58,669 nt of DNA from a virus (lineage: Duplodnaviria; Caudoviricetes). The first letter of the stretch is position 1; the number at the start of each line of letters is the position of its first letter. The notes under the pieces are model-generated. The model was not told the DNA's origin, did no database searches, and was given only the letters and a program-made list of their open reading frames with translations. The position numbers were made by a program, and so were the translations under genes. Location of the stretch: positions 1 through 58,669 of IMG/VR virus record IMGVR_UViG_3300046804_003055. One strand, given 5' to 3'. Shown here one piece after another: positions 1 to 6,702 of the stretch.

Positions 1-184
1 CAGCCGCTACCCAAGCTTCTGCTAAGTCTTGAAAAGTCCTTTCTCCTGCTCGAACTTGCGCACTGATCGCACGTAATACATCAGCAACAGCACTACTGCC
101 TCGTGCAGTAGCTCTGAGTACAGTTACCCAAAGAGTTTCTTCATTTAGAATACGCGATTCTGATATTATTTCATAAACTTTCAT
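1..184 (-). CDS. Hypothetical late/virion protein, N-terminal part only (MKVYEIISESRILNEETLW...), truncated by the window edge
   Basis: Translated by hand: ATG at 184, frame open to position 1, TAAATA box at 191-196 just upstream. Not in the ORF track. Confidence 0.75.
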   Translation of the reverse strand, partial: MKVYEIISESRILNEETLWVTVLRATARGSSAVADVLRAISAQVRAGERTFQDLAEAWVAA

Positions 185-190
185 AGTTAA

Positions 191-196
191 TATTTA
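191..196 (-). promoter_or_regulatory. Putative late promoter (TAAATA, T4 TATAAATA-like)
   Basis: GATAAATA 6 nt upstream of the ATG at 184. The same box recurs before structural genes, and the phage encodes a gp55-like sigma factor. Confidence 0.6.
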
Positions 197-199
197 TCG

Positions 200-611
200 A
201 TGATGAACTACGTTCATCAGTTCTTCGCTACCGCTCGAACTTTTCTCAACAACACGAAGTGCTTGTAAATATTATCCAGATTGTTCAGTCACACTTAGCC
301 CAGATTGGGCAAAGAACATTATCCGAGTTGAACATGTCACACAGCAGTAGAGCATTACAGAGGCGGTTGTCCGGTACCTCGAGCCCAGTCTTTTTACAGC
401 GGCGGTTTAGGTAAATCTGCTATCACTTGCCTAAACGTGCAGGTTTTCCCTGCTCATTTTGCCTTTTTGTCTATTCAAACAACCAAACAGCAAGGTCTTT
501 GCCATCGTCATCCTAATGGGTAGTGGTTGAGCACTCTTAACGGCGAGAGATTTCCTTCCCTGCGACCCGAGGTCCAGGTTTTGGGGCACACGAAGTTAGC
601 CTGTGCCAGCT
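200..611 (-). ncRNA. Candidate large structured ncRNA, family not recognised
   Basis: ORF-free gap in an otherwise gene-dense genome. GC counted at 36/60 (541-600) and 33/60 (361-420) versus an AT-rich background. About ten stems: 585-607, 559-578, 534-549, 481-528, 439-453, 405-436, 360-380, 294-314, 282-287/329-334, 249-266, 201-219. Several G-U pairs work only on the minus strand. Confidence 0.7.
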
Positions 612-1055
612 TTAACCGTTGGATTTTGCCTGTGCTTGTTCTATTAATCGCTGTCTTAGTATAGCAGATCCGCCTACACGCACATTAATAATGCCATTGT
701 AGTATTCATCTGACTCTAAAACACGCCGTTCAAATTGTTCTCTTGCCTCTAGGTATGACATTTCTGCCTTACTTTTGCAATAGTATAATATTTCTCGGGT
801 GAATTTTTCTGGACCTTGTGCCTGGACGTCTGCGTTTAACCTATCAGAAGAACCCCAATAGTCGCGCCAATCGCTTTCTACAGTACTTCTTCTTTTGAGC
901 TTTTTGCCTTTGAGTGGTGGTTTTGTGCGTTTAAACTGTGCTAGTTTTTTGCCTATATATTTTTGTCCAGTTGTGAGATTGGTTATTAAGTAAACAAATC
1001 CAATATAACCTTCAGGTATTTCTTCAACTGTTTGTGTTTGATATGTCCATAGCAT
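612..1055 (-). CDS. GIY-YIG (Seg-like) endonuclease-family protein, catalytic domain only
   Basis: GFVYLITN...KYIG, DYWGSS, FTREIL, conserved Glu (LEAREQ) and YYN; Lys/Arg-rich insert KRTKPPLKGKKLKRR. Confidence 0.75.
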   Translation of the reverse strand: MLWTYQTQTVEEIPEGYIGFVYLITNLTTGQKYIGKKLAQFKRTKPPLKGKKLKRRSTVESDWRDYWGSSDRLNADVQAQGPEKFTREILYYCKSKAEMSYLEAREQFERRVLESDEYYNGIINVRVGGSAILRQRLIEQAQAKSNG

Positions 1056-1058
1056 CTA

Positions 1059-1322
1059 CTATGTATCGTTAGCCTCTTGCTTGGCCTGTCTCTTTTGAGC
1101 TTGCCTACGTGCTTCTTTTTCAGCCAAAATTGCTTCTTTTTCTATTGCCCATTCACGCACAGCCACACGCCGCGCTGAACAGATGCGCCTAATTTCACTT
1201 AAACTTTGCCTTAATCTTATAGCAGATGCTTTGGTGGCTTCATTCATCCACTGCTGGTTGGCCGCAAAATAGCGTCTAAATTCAGCCATCAGTTGATCGT
1301 GAAGCTCTTCATCTTGATGCAT
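1059..1322 (-). CDS. Small helical protein resembling the histone H1-like Hc1 N-terminal domain
   Basis: TKASAIRLRQSLSEIRRICSARR resembles the NKAAxxRxRxxxxxLxKxxxxxR pattern of Hc1-like proteins. Confidence 0.45.
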   Translation of the reverse strand: MHQDEELHDQLMAEFRRYFAANQQWMNEATKASAIRLRQSLSEIRRICSARRVAVREWAIEKEAILAEKEARRQAQKRQAKQEANDT

Positions 1323-1713
1323 CTATAACTCTCTGCCTTAATTCGCTGGTGCTAAACGAATGCCGCCTTTTATTAAAATAAAATTCCATGGGAATATCGT
1401 GTCCTGTAAATTCTCGGCTTTGATATTCTTCGCCTAATATCCTAACATCAATAGGAAAAGAAAGCAACACATCTCGAAGTTCTTTTTCTGTAGCATAGAC
1501 CACAATTTCGTCCACAAACTTGCAGGCCTGTAGTTGTACATAGCGTTCAAAAATACTTTGTACAGGTTTATTTTTAGTGTCAGGCCTGTCAATGGTTGGA
1601 TCAGTTTGTAGGCCAACTATCAAATAATCGCATTGGGCTCGTGCTTCTTTAAGCATCATAATATGCCCTGCGTGAAACAGATCAAATGTTGAACAAGTAA
1701 ATCCTGTTCTCAT
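1309..1713 (-). CDS. Cytidylyltransferase (TagD/glycerol-3-phosphate CTase-like)
   Basis: TFDLFHAGH (HxGH), LIVGLQTD and C-terminal RRHSFSTSELR. Confidence 0.85.
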   Translation of the reverse strand: MRTGFTCSTFDLFHAGHIMMLKEARAQCDYLIVGLQTDPTIDRPDTKNKPVQSIFERYVQLQACKFVDEIVVYATEKELRDVLLSFPIDVRILGEEYQSREFTGHDIPMEFYFNKRRHSFSTSELRQRVIDASR

Positions 1714-3485
1714 TCAGAAATCTCCAAGTCTGTAGCATAGCTGGTAAAACCGTTTTCTTTGATCACTTTGAGTACATTGTTAACACGACCAATTAGTTCG
1801 TCTTTGTGCGAAATTAAGAAAATGTTCTTCTTACGTCCTCGCGACATCTTCTTAAGAACTGCCAGTGCGCCTTCAACTCCGCTAGCATCTAAGCCGTTGT
1901 CAATCAGCTCGTCAACAAACAACAAGTTGATCTGTTGATATAAACTTTCCCATACATCACGGAATGCCCACGACAAGCCAAGAATTAGACGGTTTCGTTC
2001 CCCACGACTTAGATTATCAAAATCTAAATCTTGACCTAGCTGGGTAATTTCAACTGTTAGATCATTCTGGAATACCACGGTATGCGGCAAGCCCATCTTG
2101 TCCAAGTAATAGGTCAATCTATTATTAAGATATGCTAGGTTTTGATCTATGATCTTTTTACGAATAAAACTGTCTTTACTGGTTAATAATTTTAACAAAA
2201 ATTCTTGGTGTTCTTTAAGGTCATTGAGCGTGTTCACAGAATCCCAGGAAATTTCCTGCATGGCAGTATTGAGCAATTCGTCAATCTGCTCCTGATAAGG
2301 ATCTGTTTCGCCTGCTTTGACTGTCAACTGTGTTTCTAAACTTTTTAAATTATTTTGATGTTTTAGTGCTTCTTCTACTGTGTCATAGTAAGTGTCGGGC
2401 CTTAGGCCTAACTCGTCAATTTCTTTAATTTCCGACTGTATCTTGTAAAAGTCATTCATCAGTTTGGTAACATAGGCCTGCGCCTCATTCAAGTGATGCT
2501 GAGCCGTAGTCGTCATTTCAGTATGCTTGTGATCGTGTAGTTCTTGTTCACATGCGTGGCACTGCTTATTCGCCAACTTCATAAGCTCGCCGTTGTACTT
2601 CGTAACGCTTCGCTCTGCTTGCGCTATCGCGCTTTCTAACGTAGCACGTTCTTTTTCTAGGCTTTTCAGCTTCGCTGATTTTTCTAAGTACGCTTTCAGC
2701 GCGGCATGCTTTGCAAGTTCAGCATCAATATCTACATTTTCTAGCTCTACAATAGCTCTACCGATTTTTTCTAGTTCACTATCGTGTTGCGTATTCCATG
2801 CGTTTTGCCTTAGAATCAACGCATCAATACTTTGTTGTATTTTTTCATTAGATTTCTTAGCTGCCTCTATATCTGCTGTTTCTTGGAAAATAGCGTCTTT
2901 GGTTTCTTTAATTAATTCTTTTAAATTTTCAGCTTTTTCACTTAATAATGTTATTCCCAATAACTGCTCAATAATCAAACGTTGATCATTTGCCCGCATA
3001 CTTAAGAAAGGTTCTGTATATGTGTTTAGAGCTACAATATGTTTGAACATATCATGACTCATATCTAACAATGCATCAATGTCTTTTTGTGTTTCTCTAT
3101 TATCTCCTTGAGCATCGTCGGTTTCTTGGTCCTCTTGCTCAACTTCATTTACATAAAACTGGAGTATGTTAGGTTTACGCCCCCTCTCAATGCGATAATC
3201 TATGCCGTTCTTTTCAAAACTTAGCGTAACTAACATATTCTTATTGTTAATTTTATTAATAAGATTGTCTTTTTTAATGTTAGTTAGGGCATTACCGTAT
3301 AGTGCATAACTAAGAGCATTGACGATAGTAGTTTTACCTGTACCATTCCTTGAGCCCGAGTCATCCCCGCCCTGATCAAGATTTTCTCCTAATACAAGCG
3401 TTAAATTTTCTTTATCAAATTGTACAGCTTGGGTTTGATTACCCACACTCATAAAGTTTTTTACGGTTAATTCTTTGATTCTCAT
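1710..3485 (-). CDS. 46: Recombination exonuclease ATPase subunit (T4 gp46/SbcC/Rad50-like)
   Basis: Walker A NGTGKTT, coiled coil with CHAC zinc hook, signature LSRGE, Walker B LLFVDE, ISH. Confidence 0.93.
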   Translation of the reverse strand: MRIKELTVKNFMSVGNQTQAVQFDKENLTLVLGENLDQGGDDSGSRNGTGKTTIVNALSYALYGNALTNIKKDNLINKINNKNMLVTLSFEKNGIDYRIERGRKPNILQFYVNEVEQEDQETDDAQGDNRETQKDIDALLDMSHDMFKHIVALNTYTEPFLSMRANDQRLIIEQLLGITLLSEKAENLKELIKETKDAIFQETADIEAAKKSNEKIQQSIDALILRQNAWNTQHDSELEKIGRAIVELENVDIDAELAKHAALKAYLEKSAKLKSLEKERATLESAIAQAERSVTKYNGELMKLANKQCHACEQELHDHKHTEMTTTAQHHLNEAQAYVTKLMNDFYKIQSEIKEIDELGLRPDTYYDTVEEALKHQNNLKSLETQLTVKAGETDPYQEQIDELLNTAMQEISWDSVNTLNDLKEHQEFLLKLLTSKDSFIRKKIIDQNLAYLNNRLTYYLDKMGLPHTVVFQNDLTVEITQLGQDLDFDNLSRGERNRLILGLSWAFRDVWESLYQQINLLFVDELIDNGLDASGVEGALAVLKKMSRGRKKNIFLISHKDELIGRVNNVLKVIKENGFTSYATDLEISE

Positions 3486-4495
3486 AGGCTGTTGTATATC
3501 TCCAACAGGGTGTTTTTATTATACTTGTCGCTATCAATGCTTACGATTTGACTAGATACAATTTGATCTACACTTTCAAACGCTTGTATGTCTATGTCAG
3601 TGCTAATCTCAACTTGTTTTTTTTCAGTTATTAAGGTAAGCTCTCGAATTTTGTATTGGGCCATGAAGTTTTCTTTGATAAAACTTGCTTCTTCATAGGT
3701 AATATCAATATCTAATGCCACACGTAAATGTTGTTTTGGTAATATAATACTATCCGCTTCGTCAATTAGCTGACTTAGTTTAACTGTGCGGAATGTAGGT
3801 TGGTCTGGCCAGCTATGATATTCTGGTTCCTTGCCCCATTCTAGTATCATCATGCCACGTTCATCGTCCCATGCATCTGCATAATTGTGCGGAAAAGCAT
3901 TGCCAATATAAATCATGTTTTGTTGTTGCTGACGCTTGTGAAAGTGTCCGCTAAAACCTAGTTCATAATTTTGAAAATCTTTTAATTGAATCTCGCCATG
4001 ATCTGGCATTTGCACCATTGCGTTCATAAAAAAGCTAGGTAATTCAAAGTGGCCAAAGATATACTTGCCACCTTTTTTGCCTACACTTTTCCATTCATCA
4101 CCTACAAGCCACGGACAGAGTGTAACATTCCCAACGGTAGTCGGTTCGTGGACCACTGTGATTCCGGGGATATATTTTCCAAACTCAACGGAGTGAATAT
4201 CCCGCTTGTCTTTGTAATACAAATCATGATTACCAGGGAAAAAGTAAAATGCATCAAACGCCTGACCGAGCTTTTCCAAGGCCCTAAGGCTATAGTCCAT
4301 AGTAGTGATATTAAGACTATTACGATTATGATGCCAATCGCCCATAAAAATTCCAACATCGCAACCTTCCTCCTTGGCCTTCCTAATATACCAATCTACA
4401 AAATCTTCGCAATCTTGATTGTGTACCGAGCTGTTAGATTTTAACCCAAAGTGTATGTCTGTAAAACAGGCAACTTTTTTAAACAAGTTTGTCAT
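3482..4495 (-). CDS. 47: Recombination nuclease subunit (T4 gp47/SbcD/Mre11-like)
   Basis: Metallophosphoesterase motifs DIHFG, GDWHH, GNHD, GHFH; adjacent to gp46. Confidence 0.93.
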   Translation of the reverse strand: MTNLFKKVACFTDIHFGLKSNSSVHNQDCEDFVDWYIRKAKEEGCDVGIFMGDWHHNRNSLNITTMDYSLRALEKLGQAFDAFYFFPGNHDLYYKDKRDIHSVEFGKYIPGITVVHEPTTVGNVTLCPWLVGDEWKSVGKKGGKYIFGHFELPSFFMNAMVQMPDHGEIQLKDFQNYELGFSGHFHKRQQQQNMIYIGNAFPHNYADAWDDERGMMILEWGKEPEYHSWPDQPTFRTVKLSQLIDEADSIILPKQHLRVALDIDITYEEASFIKENFMAQYKIRELTLITEKKQVEISTDIDIQAFESVDQIVSSQIVSIDSDKYNKNTLLEIYNSL

Positions 4496-5319
4496 TCATG
4501 ATCCTCGTTATGGCGTTTTAATGCAGCCTCGTGCTCGCCTTGTCCGGTTCTACTGTAACTAGGATTCATACCGTTAATTTCTAAGATATCGTCACGAATA
4601 TTTTGATTACGCTTCTCAATATTAATAACACGAACAAAACTATTAGTAACGGCGGCAGTAAAATACGCAAAAGGATTATCAGATTTACTTTCATCAAATT
4701 GTAGTCCTATCTGTGTTAACTGTAAAATAGCCTGACCCTTCATCTCGTCGTTGTAGGTATATCCACGAACATTACCGCGGGTAGCATATCTTTCACATAA
4801 TTTAATCATCATTCGTGCTAGGTTATTAGTAATTTGCCCAGCATCTTTATCAAAATATCCTTTAGTTAAATCACCCTTCCAGTGACTTTTTCCAACACAT
4901 TCTAATTCTTCATTTTCATTAAATTTATAATGTTGAAATGGCGGAAAATTTACTTTATCCCTGTGATCAGCTGTGCTTTTTGGATTCTTTTTGCGTGTAT
5001 TGTTTAGCGGAATATGGTCATAAGTCATTATTCTAAAAACTAAATCCGTTTTAGGTATCTTTTTGTAGTCAATTTCACAATCTGCTTGTTTGACTTTTTC
5101 TCCAGCTTTGCGCCTAGAATCAAAAATTTCTAGTCCTAATCGCTTTGCTCGGTTTCGCTTGGCTTCCGCTATCGTTCTAATGTTAATCTTATCTACACTG
5201 GGTAAAATTATATCATATTGATGATATTCTGGTTTGGTAAAACTGCAATATGTACTTTTCGATTTGTGTATTTCTACTAACATGTCTTTATTATTAAGAT
5301 AGTTGACTTTAGTATTCAT
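4492..5319 (-). CDS. 55: Late-transcription sigma factor (T4 gp55-like)
   Basis: YLNNKDML, YTYNDEM and FDESKSDNPFAYFT motifs; T4-like order 55-47-46. Start moved to ATG 5319 because of an AGGA RBS at 5328-5331. Confidence 0.85.
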   Translation of the reverse strand: MNTKVNYLNNKDMLVEIHKSKSTYCSFTKPEYHQYDIILPSVDKINIRTIAEAKRNRAKRLGLEIFDSRRKAGEKVKQADCEIDYKKIPKTDLVFRIMTYDHIPLNNTRKKNPKSTADHRDKVNFPPFQHYKFNENEELECVGKSHWKGDLTKGYFDKDAGQITNNLARMMIKLCERYATRGNVRGYTYNDEMKGQAILQLTQIGLQFDESKSDNPFAYFTAAVTNSFVRVINIEKRNQNIRDDILEINGMNPSYSRTGQGEHEAALKRHNEDHE

Positions 5320-5340
5320 GTAATCAATCCTATTTTGTAA

Positions 5341-5369
5341 ATTATAAACTATGCACTTAATAAAGTCAA
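5341..5369 (-). promoter_or_regulatory. Sigma70-type promoter for the gp55-47-46 operon
   Basis: TTGACT (5369-5364), 17-nt spacer, TATAAT (5346-5341). Confidence 0.75.
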
Positions 5370-5370
5370 A

Positions 5371-5376
5371 TAAATA
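5371..5376 (+). promoter_or_regulatory. Putative late promoter for the baseplate operon
   Basis: TAAATA upstream of an AAGGA RBS and ATG 5398. Confidence 0.65.
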
Positions 5377-5397
5377 TATTACCAAAAAGGAAATATT

Positions 5398-6396
5398 ATG
5401 GGTTTATTAGACAGTAATTCAGCTTTGTCGGGTGCTACCAACCTAGTTAATAGTGTATCTGGAGCAGTAAATACAGGTGCTAATTTAGCCTCGGCTTTAG
5501 CTAAAGGATATGATGATGGCGACGTTTTGTCAGCAATTAGAGCTATCAATTTACCTGATGCAGGTGAAGCAATAGGAGACATAGCAGGTGCTTTAGCTAG
5601 TTTTGGTGGAGATGCTAATCCAGACGATTGGCGTGTAAGATTAAGCATGGCTAATTGGTCTGCTTTTAGATCCAGCCCTGTTTTAAAACCTTTAATAGAT
5701 GCGGGGGGTTTAATTTTTCCGTATACTCCTACTATTAGCCTTAATAATTCTGCAAAATATAGTGCAGTAAATGTAACTCATAGTAACTATCCTTTCCAAG
5801 CATTTCAATATAGCGACCCGGGCTCGATTCAAATCCAAGCACCAATGTATGTTGAAGACCCCTCACAAGGATTGTATTGGGTAGCAGCCTTGCATTATTT
5901 ACGTAGTCTTACAAAAATGTTTTCAGGAAATGATCCTAAAGCAGGAAACCCACCGCCTGTAGTCTTTCTAAATGGATATGGAAATTATGTTTTTAAAAAT
6001 ATACCAGTTGTTGTTACAAAAATTTCAGTCCAGCTAGAGAAAGATTGTGATTATTTAGGTGTAGATGTTGTAGGTAGTGCCGCCGGTGCCCTGGAAGGTA
6101 TTACAGAAGGTGTTTCGTCTTTGTCTGATAATGTTAGTAACCTCTTTCCAGGATCAGCTGTTTCGGCCGCAGCTGAGTCAATTAGTACTGTTGCGGGCAC
6201 AGTCGGCGGCTTTGCATCACTAGCTGGAACGTTTGGATTAGGCGGAACAATATCAGGCGGTGTTACCCACGTACCGACAAAGAGTAATTTTACTGTTGAC
6301 CTTCTACCTGTGTACAGCAGAGACAGTGTTCGCAAATTTAGCCTTGATAGATTTGTTGGCGGCGGATACTTAAACAATAATTTTGGATATATTTAA
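5398..6396 (+). CDS. Putative baseplate/tail-tube initiator (gp48/gp54-like) structural protein
   Basis: LIFPYTPTI and PPVVFLNGYG..FKNIPVVV core; first gene of the baseplate cluster. Confidence 0.5.
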   Translation: MGLLDSNSALSGATNLVNSVSGAVNTGANLASALAKGYDDGDVLSAIRAINLPDAGEAIGDIAGALASFGGDANPDDWRVRLSMANWSAFRSSPVLKPLIDAGGLIFPYTPTISLNNSAKYSAVNVTHSNYPFQAFQYSDPGSIQIQAPMYVEDPSQGLYWVAALHYLRSLTKMFSGNDPKAGNPPPVVFLNGYGNYVFKNIPVVVTKISVQLEKDCDYLGVDVVGSAAGALEGITEGVSSLSDNVSNLFPGSAVSAAAESISTVAGTVGGFASLAGTFGLGGTISGGVTHVPTKSNFTVDLLPVYSRDSVRKFSLDRFVGGGYLNNNFGYI

Positions 6397-6398
6397 TT

Positions 6399-6701
6399 AT
6401 GACAGCTCAATATTCAAACACTAGTCCTTGGTATATAACACCAATTACACACAATGTTTTAGATATACTCACAATTAGACCGGTGAGTGCAGAAACTGAT
6501 GATTTTTATTATACAATTGAACCCCAGTACACTTATCGACCAGATCTGCTAGCCTATGATCTATATGGTGAGGCATCTTTATGGTGGGTGTTTATTCAGC
6601 GTAATTTAGATGTAATCCAGGATCCGATATTAGATTTTGTGCCAGGCACAAAAATATACATTCCAAAAAAATCAAGTTTAGACGTTGTGTTAGGTTTATA
6701 A
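6399..6701 (+). CDS. Baseplate wedge protein (gp53-like, LysM-like)
   Basis: YRPDLLAYDLYGEASLWWVF..RN...DP motif. Confidence 0.75.
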   Translation: MTAQYSNTSPWYITPITHNVLDILTIRPVSAETDDFYYTIEPQYTYRPDLLAYDLYGEASLWWVFIQRNLDVIQDPILDFVPGTKIYIPKKSSLDVVLGL

Positions 6702-6702
6702 A

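Noticed and set aside
271-342. CRISPR or TIGR array
   Set aside because: Only two short repeat units, whose intervening cores are complementary to each other; no cas or Nop-domain gene in the window.
200-611. Identification as RNase P RNA, tmRNA or a group I/II intron hosting the GIY-YIG gene
   Set aside because: GAAGGAAAUCUC only loosely resembles the RNase P GAGGAAAGUCC motif and has no convincing P4 partner. There are no tRNA-like ends, no group I P7 or group II domain V signature, and the flanking genes appear intact rather than split.
2593-4444. Plus-strand ORFs inside gp46/gp47, and similar nested ORFs across 45893-58061
   Set aside because: Antisense or alternate-frame shadows of motif-supported genes.
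5320-5385. Upstream extension of gp55 given in the ORF track
   Set aside because: The extension runs through the promoter region; the RBS and family N-terminus support ATG 5319.
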